A program made the translations under genes and the position numbers. Shown here piece by piece: positions 12,801 to 22,905 of a stretch of DNA of 47,517 bases. The stretch lies in assembly GCA_018985235.1 (NCBI GenBank), contig JADGIG010000017.1:1-47517 (forward strand), read 5' to 3'. Source of the DNA: Sanchytrium tribonematis. Its lineage: Eukaryota. The number at the start of each line of letters is the position of its first letter. Positions within the stretch are counted from its first letter, which is position 1. Under the pieces are notes generated by a model. It had not been told where the DNA came from and did not search any database. It saw only the letters and a list, made by a program, of their open reading frames with translations.

Positions 12801-15800
12801 TAGAAATGGCGGTGTATTTCAATTTCAGGTCCAGAGCAACTGTGTTGCTAAATTCATAATGTGAAAGGCCTTGCAAATTGGTTTCTATATTTTCTGCGGT
12901 TCTTGGACTTATTCCATGGCTAAAAATATTAAATAACACGACATCCTCAAATTCCATACCTTTGATTTCTTTTATAGTCAAAACAGTAGCATTTTCATCG
13001 ATATTTTCAAACTTTTCCTTATCTTTCTGATTATAGACCACGACACATTGGTTTGCTCCCAAACTTGCGACTTCACCGTACAAATATTTCTTTAAAACCA
13101 TAATATCGTTCGATTCTATAAATAAGGGCAATTTCACGGAAAATTTAGTACTGGTCTCCTTTGCTAGCTTTTTAATGTCTTGTGGGAAAAGGCTCTCCAT
13201 AATTTCTATTAATTTTGCTCCAAAGTTTAAAATCTTGTCATTGTATCTGAAATTTGTCGTTAGTTGATAAGAAATAGGCATTCTGTGCCCCAAATCATTT
13301 TCAGTCGTATCTGGGTGTAAATATTTTAGCCTTTGGAACAAAATATCCTTCACACGTTCCATTTTAAACGATGATCCTTCATAAATTTGCTGCGCGGGGT
13401 CACCACCAAAATAAACGTTTTCTGGATCAGACAAATAAGTCAACATTTTGATCTCTTCAGAACTCACATCCTGAACCTCGTCGATAAATACAGCAGAATA
13501 ATTCTCAAAGGGTTCTTTCATAACTCTGTCCAAACACATAATCTGAACCTCGGCTCTTAAAGTATACCCATCGTGAATTATATTTCGATGCATTTTTTGA
13601 GCCTCTTTAAAAAGATCTCTAAGTAAACTCTCTAAGTATAATTTTCTTTGACGTTTGAGGTACTCCTCTTCAGTGAGGTTGGCACCCACAATTAAATTGA
13701 GTTCTGTAAAAAATCCCAAAGGGTCCAAATCGCAATGGAACTTTTCTTTATAATACTGGAAAAACAAGTGGTAGTCAAGAACTTTCAATTCAGATAATTG
13801 GTCTCTCAAAACGTATCTGTAGAGCTCATCAAAAGTTTTGAATTGTATATTGAAATGATCAAGCCTTTTTAATTCGGATAAATTGTTGCCAACAGCTGCA
13901 AGCAAATCAGGTCTCTCCAAAGTCAAAAATGATTCGAACCATTCCAGAAATTTGGACGCAATAGAATCTCTCAAGCTTTTGGCAGCTGTGACAAACAAAA
14001 ACTTTGTGTTGACACTTTCATATATACCATACTTAGCCATATCTAATAATCGTGCCAACAAACATGAAGTTTTTCCCGTTCCTGCTCTTGCAACCAAATA
14101 AAAAGAATTATTTCCTAATAAAACCTCTTTTTCTTCATCGCTGAATTCGTAAGGTATTTTAAGCGTAACGTCATCATTTTTTAACAAATAATTGACAATT
14201 GAATGGGAAAATGAAAAGACTTTCTCGTTAAAAATGCTCTCATCTGATTCATTTGATTTTCCATCCAATAGTGCCTTCAGTTTTTCAACTGTTTTAAGCG
14301 AAGCAGTCTCTGACATGCTTATTAATTCGACTTTTAAAATGTTATTCTTCTGTCTTAAGATAACGACTCGCATTTTTGTCTTCTTTTCCTGAAAATGAAT
14401 AATATCATAGCTATACTTCGGATCCGTAATTAGGTTCAAAAAATTCACTTTTGAATGCGCATCACATATTTTGTCTAGCAACATGAAAATTCTTTTCTTC
14501 TCGTCTTGTTTGGCACGATTAAAATAGGTTAAAACAATCTGACCAAATCTCAAAAAGTGGAGATTTTTCATCTGCACTGCATCTTGCAGTGAGAAGTCAC
14601 TTTTTACCATTTGCAAATTTTGTACCTTTTTACTTATCAAACTTAATGAATCCTTGATAACAAAATGCTCACTCAAAATTTCACTCCATTTTGAATCACT
14701 CTTTTTCAAGCATTTTAAATTACCCACCACAACCAAAGATTGCTTACATCTGCTCAAAGCAACATTCATTCGGTTTTCATTTTTCAAAAATCCTATGTTG
14801 CCATGAGCATTAGCCCGAACACATGTGAAAATTATCAGGTCGGCTTCTCGTCCTTGAAACGAATCCACTGTATCAATGCTGACAGACATATTCATTTTGG
14901 ATACACATTTTCGCAATTCAGACCTTTGGGAGTCATATGGAGTGATGATTCCAATGGAGGTTTCCTTTTGATACTTTTTATAGCGAAAAAGCAGTTCCTT
15001 CACGATTGCCACTTCTTCCTCATTATACCAGCTACCATCTTCACTTTTTCGTTCTTTTCCATGATCGACTTTGACAAAAGTCAAGGCCTCAAAAAAGCCG
15101 TCTTTCCAAAGAGGAAACTTTTGACCGTCATCGTGAGATTTTAAAGCTCCTTCGTAAAAGTGAGTCGAAACTAAATCACCAACAAGTTTAGGCATTCGGT
15201 ACTGTTTATCCAAAATGTATCTTTGAAAGCCGCGATTGAACAATCTCTCAAACAAAGACCTGTCGTAGTTGATTTCCATAGTGCTTTCCAAAAAAGTCGT
15301 GGCTCTTAGCTGAGCCGGGTCTCCCACCATAGTCAGTCTTCTACAGTTATTAATTAGACAAGTGGCCTCTGCCTCTATCAATTGACAAGCCTCGTCAACA
15401 ATAGTAAAATCAAATTTTTTTCGTTCTTTTCCTTCCGTACAAAATTTGCTACTCATAGATCCATTGACAGTCGTAAACACCAATCTCGCATTCTTAATCA
15501 TTTGCTTCTCCATTTGATATTTTTCACTATGTTGCGGTAAACAAGTGAAATATGAGGGACCGACTTGATTTAACAATAATTCAAAATCTTTAACAACGCA
15601 ATCCTTGCCTTCCTCAATGCTTTTAAAAATATTTGTAAAATGTGAAAAGTATTTTTTAAGAATATGCTGACAATCGGTAGAGATATCTCGCATTTTGAGA
15701 TAGTTGTACGGAATTTCATCATCGAAAACCTCGAGTTCTTCTAATTTGCTATTCAATAGATGTAGCAACTCAGTGCAGTAACTCTCAATCTTAGATTTTC

Positions 15801-16848
15801 TAAAATTGGCTTGAATTGTAGACACTTTCTCTTCAATAACTTTTAAAATAGAGTCTAATTTGTAATTAAATTGTTCGATGATTTCAAGAGCGTAGTATCT
15901 TTTCAAATCTTCTGGCAACAAATTTTCATCAATCAGTTTTTCTGATCTACCCACCAAGAGAATACCGTTCTCATGGCCATAAACTTTGATAAATTTATCC
16001 AAAACATTGACTACAGCCGTATTTGTAGGGGCACATACCATAATGCAGGACATTTCATGAAATCGCAAAAGTTGATGGATGATTGTTGAAATTAGCAATG
16101 TTTTGCCTGTCCCGGGAGGCCCTTGAATTAACGAAATGTTTGAATCTTGAAACCCACCACTTATGACAGCCTTTATAGCTTCTTTTTGTGACTCATTCAA
16201 TTGAGAAAAACTTGTGTCAGCTTTCAAAGCTGATTCCAAGTTCCTGTCAACTTTAAACGGATCCATAAATCCATGTAGAACATGATTTCTTAAGGGGGAT
16301 TTGCGTACGCGGTCTACATCTTGTAGACTTTTGTAGATTCTATTGAATGGAATAAAATTATCCACAACATGCGCCACTGGCTCCATGTCATCGATGAAAT
16401 CTTTCCATTCAGAGAAAGAGTTTAAAGGATCTAGAAATCGAAAAATAACCTCTTGTTCATTTCCCTCTGTTTCTAAACCCTCTACAAATCCAAATACAAC
16501 ACTTCCATTTTCGACATTTTCGATCACTTTATCTAAACTGTAAATGTTTGATTTTTTAGACTTGAAAATCGCAAGATCTTGAAAGTAAAATAATTCAGAC
16601 TTGTTCATTTGAAATTTGCATTTCAAGCGAATAGAATCGTATTCCTCAAAATCAACTTTTCTCATTTTTAACTCTTTTTTATCCAAGGCAGTTCTAACCT
16701 TCATCACTTGATTCCAGATCAGTGGTTCTTCAAAAGACTTCAGATATTCCACACTATCACCAAATGTGTCTGGAATTGGCTCAATTTCAATCTTTTCTTT
16801 TCGCAGTAATTTTCTAAGAACGTCTGTAAATAACTCGCTTTGTTCCAT
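9898..16848 (-). CDS. 2316-aa double SF1 helicase: Upf1/Sen1/DNA2-like module + UvrD-like (TRANK1/LBA1-type) module + TPR-like region
   Basis: Module 1: LNESQ, GPPGTGKT, APTNTAV, VDEACQ, VGDPAQL, QYRM, ITPY, TVDSFQGRE, NVALSR. Module 2: ARAGTGKT, IDEVQD, GDPAQQI, LTTNFR, KGMEF, YTAISRS. Confidence 0.9.
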   Translation of the reverse strand: MEQSELFTDVLRKLLRKEKIEIEPIPDTFGDSVEYLKSFEEPLIWNQVMKVRTALDKKELKMRKVDFEEYDSIRLKCKFQMNKSELFYFQDLAIFKSKKSNIYSLDKVIENVENGSVVFGFVEGLETEGNEQEVIFRFLDPLNSFSEWKDFIDDMEPVAHVVDNFIPFNRIYKSLQDVDRVRKSPLRNHVLHGFMDPFKVDRNLESALKADTSFSQLNESQKEAIKAVISGGFQDSNISLIQGPPGTGKTLLISTIIHQLLRFHEMSCIMVCAPTNTAVVNVLDKFIKVYGHENGILLVGRSEKLIDENLLPEDLKRYYALEIIEQFNYKLDSILKVIEEKVSTIQANFRKSKIESYCTELLHLLNSKLEELEVFDDEIPYNYLKMRDISTDCQHILKKYFSHFTNIFKSIEEGKDCVVKDFELLLNQVGPSYFTCLPQHSEKYQMEKQMIKNARLVFTTVNGSMSSKFCTEGKERKKFDFTIVDEACQLIEAEATCLINNCRRLTMVGDPAQLRATTFLESTMEINYDRSLFERLFNRGFQRYILDKQYRMPKLVGDLVSTHFYEGALKSHDDGQKFPLWKDGFFEALTFVKVDHGKERKSEDGSWYNEEEVAIVKELLFRYKKYQKETSIGIITPYDSQRSELRKCVSKMNMSVSIDTVDSFQGREADLIIFTCVRANAHGNIGFLKNENRMNVALSRCKQSLVVVGNLKCLKKSDSKWSEILSEHFVIKDSLSLISKKVQNLQMVKSDFSLQDAVQMKNLHFLRFGQIVLTYFNRAKQDEKKRIFMLLDKICDAHSKVNFLNLITDPKYSYDIIHFQEKKTKMRVVILRQKNNILKVELISMSETASLKTVEKLKALLDGKSNESDESIFNEKVFSFSHSIVNYLLKNDDVTLKIPYEFSDEEKEVLLGNNSFYLVARAGTGKTSCLLARLLDMAKYGIYESVNTKFLFVTAAKSLRDSIASKFLEWFESFLTLERPDLLAAVGNNLSELKRLDHFNIQFKTFDELYRYVLRDQLSELKVLDYHLFFQYYKEKFHCDLDPLGFFTELNLIVGANLTEEEYLKRQRKLYLESLLRDLFKEAQKMHRNIIHDGYTLRAEVQIMCLDRVMKEPFENYSAVFIDEVQDVSSEEIKMLTYLSDPENVYFGGDPAQQIYEGSSFKMERVKDILFQRLKYLHPDTTENDLGHRMPISYQLTTNFRYNDKILNFGAKLIEIMESLFPQDIKKLAKETSTKFSVKLPLFIESNDIMVLKKYLYGEVASLGANQCVVVYNQKDKEKFENIDENATVLTIKEIKGMEFEDVVLFNIFSHGISPRTAENIETNLQGLSHYEFSNTVALDLKLKYTAISRSQNRLIMFDEKIEAGNILKSLFGSTFDRVVDGAGNFAVHSTMEEFLEKGIELRNRDNFAAALRCFRRAGSEIEQNRTKAIQCWRNGDYQNAVSFFQSVLDANIKNMLLDDISNQLQVFLDAFGKPNYEKDDKINCNCYYNRLEPFVHLSIKNSSQIESPEKFLRCFISNSEYNLYSKAFQLLKPISDSYSAAIKQLSKFVREIFARDDRVTKSELQQLLVLLYSNDQEILFKTFLEFKRIRMAAEFSIKMDLKEKGINFLLESHDYGHLLHIYKKYDIECPLSHVNIALCTYGISDSLLKDLKIIGRNENEEFFHNYLQKLPLSKDNLDKLDPYFKLLYVSKQRNKLEFKKFIDLLNDIVAWLFKLRLLKAYSNKAEYRKFNYLLLELGIVKQEDRFVKIGSKAEQSSCVYPEHKNDTVKYSIQIFNGLPSMMRRHVQTFENSVDCIFKFDPDFGPILNQFNLELPIGVDWKVMYDYENLFRWIESLSLFCLNLYGRFQKIVPNVFQNSSMLSLLRVFVVFPEYWIHAGEHPFYKYKQAMHFYIKQLTSRNDITNNSNYYCAVSLFATLNDISMKDVSNAEYLIAYNEVLMSLKLHQTMESQMKLGPFLLKTVNLAKRNQICVSPWIFLTLLELFVSHSVIMAARHPMFEYLLIPFSYYSNYCAKDHSVHSFNMGPLQRFMTELFGFMGVLTTQFLDRWSVLASSSSQSLGHYRFIFYTRFYKACFVLLQLIRKHNQLMDLKKHIIRDTNLFSEVLLNENTSHPTAIGHFMWETIQYEMHDPVIYLFKKASDDPNVVTINLNESTHILSCPILNKKPEPVENFMKYIQASKHGTLETIVFECNSHLLSKFERAIKKWLSISKSKSNAYKILRGNALAQSLHKLDCNLKSMYFEKCVNLCFRNLFLYQFLECRSLISSAFSSLIFEENVEPLLSFFENQDKFTNYFDLQQNVKQVKTIASFKSFQGC

Positions 16849-17053
16849 ATTACGGCAAACTTACTTCTAAACCTTTTAAGGACGTATTATTTGCACGTGT
16901 ATTAGCCAATCAAATTGCATGTGCATGCCTGACTCAATAATTTTTGAAACATAGCCATTCTTTGGATATATTTGATTTTACTGCTACATCTTCCAATCAA
17001 CAAATATCCAAATATCCTAGATTTTCAAACAATAGACAACACATTTTACTCCC

Positions 17054-18781
17054 ATGAAACACACATGTTCAGCCAATCTCAGAAATTCAAATCCAAATGG
17101 ACAGGTCATAATGAATTCAATTAAATACTTCATCTTCATTATATCTCATATATTGGTAATACCATTACATACGCGACTGAAATCTGAATATATTGTACAA
17201 CACGAGTTTCCTTTGCCAAAGTCTGAACCGTTACAAAATCATGCTTGTCACTATCCTTTTAAAACTTTTATTACAAAATCTGATCGCGTTAATTACAATG
17301 ATTGTCTAATTAAATTTCGCGATTCCAAAATTAACGATGCGCAAACCTTAGAAGATGCTCGTTATTATTATAAGATTAAATATAAGCATAAGATTCCAAC
17401 TCATTTCGATCAATTTTATAATTTTGCAAAAGAAAATCAATGCAGAGTAAACCAATACCACCGATTAATGAAGCAACTGCTTCCATTTAGAAATAAAACT
17501 AATTTAATGTATAACATTACAAAGTTGGTAGATTTATTTGATAATACTCAATTAAACTACTTTAAAATTAATAAAACCATGACCATGAACCGATCTCCGT
17601 ATTATCGCATATTTAGTCGTATATTAAAGAAATTAAAGGAAAAATTAAGTGTTGAGTTTGTCATTAACTCACACGCCCAGCCTGTTATTTTAAAGCAAAA
17701 TAATGTAAATGTAGATATTATAAGTAGAGCAGAAGGAATAGGAAACGTAAGAATGAATGATAAAACTGTTAAACTACAAGAATTAATGCAAAATGTCTCC
17801 GAACATAGTAATCATAACTTAATTAATTTAATGCCATACTATGGCTTATTTATATCTCAGCCTACTGAGCATTTAACTACAAGACAAGTCCCAATTCTTA
17901 GTTGGGCCAACTACCCAGGAATTACGAATGATATTAACATTCCATCGCTATATCATTACAACAAATTTGATACACGAGTTTCAAAATACAAAACATGGAA
18001 ATCTAAATTAAATCAATTTATATGGCGTGGATCATCTAGCGGAAGTCCTTTCTATGACACGAATGAGTACTTTCCAAAGAAATACACGAAAATAGTGTCT
18101 CCACCTGGATTAAATTCAAGTGATTTTATGGTAATTGATCATTCTATTGAACAAGTTACTCTAAAGCCATGGTTTTGGTCTCACAGACAAAGACTAGTGA
18201 ATTACGCACAACAATACCCATTTTTAAATATAAATTTCATGCGAATTGTTGAATCAAATCCAACTTATATCAACGAAATGACAAACTATTATCAAGTTGT
18301 AGATTCGGTGGCATTCAATTCTTTTTTCGACTACAAGTTCGTAGTTGATGTGGATGGAAATGGTTATTCGAGTAGAATGTTAAAATGTCTTTTTGGAAAT
18401 AGTTTGGTTTTTGGCGCACATTATGCCACAGACTGGTTCGATGATATTTTAATCCCTTTCATCCATTACATTCCAATAAGTATTGGAGTAGAACAAGTTG
18501 AATTTGCGCATGTCGAGTCAGATTTGTTAAAATATTTGAAAGGAAATCAAACAACATCTAGAACACAGTTCAAAAAGCATTACGAAGCTCAAAATGATTT
18601 TAATACTCCTTTTGGATTTAATGATTTGGGAATTAAAGCGATGTATTACATGAATCATGATGAAGAGAGTGAGCAAATTGCAAATCAGGGACAAGAATTT
18701 GCATTCTCTAAATTAAGAGATGTGGATATGGATTGTTATCTGTTGCGCGTGATTGTGGAATTGGAGATGATAATAAATTAA
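17054..18781 (+). CDS. Glycosyltransferase family 90 (CAP10/KDELC-like); start may be 17054 or 17111
   Basis: N-terminal anchor YFIFIISHILVI, WRGSSSG, HRQRLV, YKFVVDVDGNGYSSR, WFDDILIPFIHYIPI, IANQG. Confidence 0.88.
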   Translation: MKHTCSANLRNSNPNGQVIMNSIKYFIFIISHILVIPLHTRLKSEYIVQHEFPLPKSEPLQNHACHYPFKTFITKSDRVNYNDCLIKFRDSKINDAQTLEDARYYYKIKYKHKIPTHFDQFYNFAKENQCRVNQYHRLMKQLLPFRNKTNLMYNITKLVDLFDNTQLNYFKINKTMTMNRSPYYRIFSRILKKLKEKLSVEFVINSHAQPVILKQNNVNVDIISRAEGIGNVRMNDKTVKLQELMQNVSEHSNHNLINLMPYYGLFISQPTEHLTTRQVPILSWANYPGITNDINIPSLYHYNKFDTRVSKYKTWKSKLNQFIWRGSSSGSPFYDTNEYFPKKYTKIVSPPGLNSSDFMVIDHSIEQVTLKPWFWSHRQRLVNYAQQYPFLNINFMRIVESNPTYINEMTNYYQVVDSVAFNSFFDYKFVVDVDGNGYSSRMLKCLFGNSLVFGAHYATDWFDDILIPFIHYIPISIGVEQVEFAHVESDLLKYLKGNQTTSRTQFKKHYEAQNDFNTPFGFNDLGIKAMYYMNHDEESEQIANQGQEFAFSKLRDVDMDCYLLRVIVELEMIIN

Positions 18782-19017
18782 TTCACCTCTAATTAGTCTC
18801 AATTTTGTGTTTTCCAATAAATTTATATGTTTTTAATTTTCTTTGTTAATTTATATGAGTAGCAATTTACTCTTTGACAAATTTGACCTGCAGTAAATAC
18901 ACCTGCAACCGGGTAAATTCGTGAACCAATAAGTATGTAAGGTATCATTTTTCAGTAAATTTCGTTGATTTTTCTTTGAGTTGTATTATAAAAATAATGA
19001 TTTGCAAATCCCGGATT

Positions 19018-19095
19018 TGTACATGCATTTGGCAACCAGTTGAACAAGGAATTATTCGTGCTTTTAAAGCTAAATTGTGCATCAAAGCTGAGTAA
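19018..19095 (+). pseudogene. pogo/Tigger-family DDE transposase fragment
   Basis: Translates CTCIWQPVEQGIIRAFKAKL, matching the T..LQPLDQGII..FK motif around the third catalytic residue. Confidence 0.65.
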
Positions 19096-19198
19096 TTTAT
19101 CATTGATTCTGATTCTAAATTGTTTTCCTAAGAATTAAAAATATGCGATGGGAATTGGATGGGTAAACACTTTGTACACTACCTCCAATATCCCAAAT

Positions 19199-19660
19199 GA
19201 AATTGATGGAAGAAAGATTCAGACATTTTTTGGGATAGCATTGCTTTTAATGCATAGATAGCGGAAAAATGTGGTCAAAAAGATTATAACAAAAAATAAT
19301 TTTAAGTTTTTTATGCAAAATTTGCATTTGATCAACAATGAACTTGCTGATGTGATTGAAATACTGTTCAAATTAAGACCAATTATTGATAAATAAAGAT
19401 AATTACGCTATATATGGTTGCTCCCAATGCATTGTTACTTGATGAGGCAATAATCCTCAAAAAATTGATTTATTGTAAATAGATGGGTCAAATTAACTAT
19501 TACATCTTACTGGCATAAGACAATATTTATTTACATTAAAGTGCATAAGATTGTTTGAAAAGATCTAGATCCATTTTTACTGATTTGGACATTTACAATA
19601 CAATTTCAGTATTAGATAACATGGGTGCATTAGATGACTAAAAATGATTCAAAGAGAGGT
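19199..19660 (+). pseudogene. piggyBac-family transposase remnant
   Basis: Ordered fragments IQTFFGIALL, VKKIITKNNFKFFMQNLHLINN, LFKLRPIIDK*, LDEAII resemble piggyBac FFGI / MSRNRF..LHF.DN / K.RP..D / IDESMI; broken by stops and frameshifts. Confidence 0.7.
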
Positions 19661-19699
19661 ATTACAAATTATAAATTTAAATTTTGAAGTTTCAGTTGT

Positions 19700-20140
19700 T
19701 AAATAATTAAATGCTCTGCCAATTCCATAAATGATGGCATTTGGACGAAAGTCTTTTAGACTTTACAAACTGGGATTTTTCAAACACGGGTTGTTTCTGA
19801 AACATGCCGAGAAATTTGACACCCTTTAAGGGGTGCCAACAGGGAAACACATTTTGGGATAATCTTTAAAAAAATTGATAATTTTCAAATCTTTAAGACA
19901 TTTGAGTCTTGGTAACATCATTGACACTGATATTTTCTCAGGATAAGCTTTTATCCCTTTAATGTTTTAAAAAGTCCAAATAATTTAATAAATTGGTTGC
20001 AAATTGGCATTTCTTGACTTTGATTCTGACACTTTGCTCTGATCAAATGCCCAATACTGTTTTTAAATACTTTAGGTGCATCTCTTAGACTCTGATAGGA
20101 TTAGGATATCATCCAGATAAATCAATACAAAATCTGTCCG
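19700..20140 (-). pseudogene. Ty3/Gypsy LTR-retrotransposon pol remnant (RT to start of RNase H)
   Basis: FVLIYLDDILILS (YLDD at 20119-20108), then KCQFA, IKLFG, GIKAYPEKI, and NAIIYGIG (DAS.YGIG-like) across frameshifts. Confidence 0.75.
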
Positions 20141-20160
20141 ATTGTTCCTACAATGCCTCA

Positions 20161-20334
20161 ACCGAGGTACTCAGTGAGCTATTTGTTAACCCTCAAAACC
20201 CACAGATCAGCACTCAAACAATTGAATCACTTTGGAGAAAATTTAGGGCCCATTTGCCAACTTATGGCGTCTCAATGGACAGTTTAAAAAATTGCATTCA
20301 CGACTTTATGTTGACTCGCCATTTTGGTTTTTAA
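20161..20334 (+). pseudogene. Merlin / IS1595(ISXO2)-like transposase C-terminal fragment
   Basis: SELFVNPQNPQISTQTIESLWRKFRAHLPTYGVSMDSLKNCIHDFM matches FVDP...HTQ.IES.W...K....G...L..YL.EF. Confidence 0.75.
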
Positions 20335-21318
20335 GAGAGAGAGCATACTCACCATGTACAACCAATAGTGCAATTTCGTGTGGCCCAATCTCAGAATTGT
20401 TTGAACATTTTTTTACTCGTTGCAAGGTAATTGTTTGAAAATTTAGAGCTTAGATATGAATGTTGCAAATGGTGAAATGCTACCGGTAATTATGTGTATT
20501 GTTGATGATGCCATTGTATTTGATATTGCAATGAATGCTGAGGAGATTATGATGATAGTGGTTATGTAAGTGCAATTTAATGCCGCAATGTGTAATAAAA
20601 ATAATGTTTTTGATAGGATATGAAGGGTGTTATGGAAGATATCTACAAATGTTTCACGGTTCATTGCACAACGAACACAAATTGATTTACAACAAAATTG
20701 ATAAAAAATATGAAAAGTAGACATAAAATTATTATTTAAAATGTTTATTGTGATAGGTAATCATGTTGTTATGCCACAGGGTAATGAAAAATTTGAAATT
20801 TGCAAATGATACACATGGGGAGGCAGAGTTAATTTTCCAAGTCTTTTGCATGTTCAGCTGAAGGATCCGCAAAAAACCGCCTTTATTTTGTAAATTGGAC
20901 TATATTAGAAGTAGAACACATTTGCATTATCTGGCTTGATTTTTGGGCGTACTAGTATTTTTCAAACATGACGATGAGTTCAAAAGACTGGGAAGAAATA
21001 GATTTACTATATTTGATGCCAAAGTAATATCATGATTCTAAATTTGATGATTATTGTGTAGTCAATGAGCCTTTATCTTATCTGGTTTATTTGCAATACA
21101 ATGAGTACCAGTTTACACCATGTTCAAAATGTACAAAGATCGCTTTAGTAGACTATTAACACTTTTAATGGATTGAGCTCCAACATGTTATACATGGATC
21201 ATGCACTATTGATGCTACTATTTAGACATGGAAAGATTTTGGCTAAAGATGTGTAAGCTCATTCTTTCACATATTAATGAATTGTGATGAAATTCCTGTA
21301 TTAGAGTCATCAAGATAC

Positions 21319-21615
21319 TGGAATTTAACGTATATTTGGATAAAAAGACCAAGTCGGCAAGAAAATTTTTATCACTGTCGATAGTCGTACTTTGTGATTC
21401 ATATGCTAGCTATGTGTGCGTGGGACATTAGTTTTAATTTTGTTCAAGTTGATGATCCAGAAAATACTAACGATTCATCAGCCTTTCTGATTTCCAAATT
21501 GAATCAAGATATACAAGATGGAAAGTTAAATTTATTTCTAGATGGTACACTTTATAAAATTTTGGCAGAGTCTGCATTTGACAATGTACATCATCAATCG
21601 TGCATTTTTACATGA
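21319..21615 (+). pseudogene. Possible Ulp1/C48 protease C-terminal remnant (often transposon cargo)
   Basis: W...RPSRQENFYHCR*SYFVIHM...FNFVQVD resembles P.Q.N.YDCG.FV...F.Q.D; internal TAG at 21382. Confidence 0.35.
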
Positions 21616-21825
21616 ATACGCAATATGGCAATCAAATTAAAGTGTCAGAACCTGTATTGAATGCATATTTGGATTCTTCGTCGATTGATTTCGTATTTTT
21701 TAGCAACAACTAATAAGCCTAGTGCCAATTGCAAGTATTTAATCACTTATTGTTGCGTATTTTTCTCAGTTGCTCTTATTTTCTGGGTTAATGGGCTAGG
21801 TGCGCCGCATTTACACCGTCTGCTA

Positions 21826-22905
21826 CAGTCTGTCCCACCCCTTTGAAATCGATGGCAATTTTGAACAAAAAAAGAGAACATTGTAAGACTCAAATCACTT
21901 AACAAAACATGGATAGAGATAACCGAACTACTAGATATTAATAAAAGCACGTGTAAATCATTTTATTACAGATATTTGCAAACACTCGGTTTGCCACCCA
22001 AAATTATCATAGCAAGAACAAGTATTACAGCCTACGCAGGTGTTGTTATTAAACAGACATTATTAGATAGACCCAAGATGAGCATCAGAAAGCTTGCTGG
22101 CTACTTGAACGAAGAGTATGACGTGCAAATTTCAAAATCAACACTTCGTCGATTTACGGTAAAAAACGGGTATTTGAACAAGAGATGTAAAAAGAAATTG
22201 TATCTTTCTAGTGTCCACAAGTATAAACGATTTCAATTTGCACTAGAAAATGTCAATAAAGACATGGATTGGTTCCGCAAAATTTTTTGGACTGATGAAT
22301 TTATGGTTAAACAGTTTTCAAATCGCAAATTTGAGACGTATTGGTCTAGACAGAGTGATACTACACATAATGAAGTCGTTTTCAGACAAAAACAACAAGG
22401 TGGATTTCCGTCTGTTTTTGGGGAGGATTCTCCTTTTGGAGAATTTCGAGATTGACTGCTTTTGGGGGTACCGTAGATGCCGTGGAGTATTGCAATTTAT
22501 TAAAAAGTGATGTTGTGCCTATTTTCAATGAGTCGCGTGAAGAATTGACCTTCATGCATGATAATGCGTCAATTCACAACTCAATTTTAGTCGAAGAGTT
22601 TCTCCAGGAAAAAAGGCTCGAGGTTCTTCAATGGCCGGTTTATTCACCTGATTTGAGCCCCATTGAAAACCTCTGGGCCATAAGCGAAAATTGTACGAGA
22701 AATTTTCTTGTTTTGGAACTCGAGATGATTTAGTGGATGCAGTATTTCAAGTTTGGAACGAAATTGGGGATTGCATATTTCAACAGTTGTCTGGAGGTGT
22801 CTGTGAGAGACTGGAAGAAGTAATTAGAAGAAAGGGAAAGTATATCAATAGATAGTCCAATTTTAACACCTAATTTTGCCGGTTTCAAAGGGGCGGGACA
22901 GACTG
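21826..22905 (+). mobile_element. Full-length Tc1 (DD34E) DNA transposon, 1080 bp, with frameshifted transposase
   Basis: TIRs CAGTCTGTCCC(A/G)CCCCTTTGAAA at 21826-21848 and 22883-22905 (22/23 identical), TA on both flanks (21824-5, 22906-7); WTDE, MHDNASIH, WPVYSPDLSPIENLW with 34 residues between D and E; three frameshifts. Confidence 0.95.
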
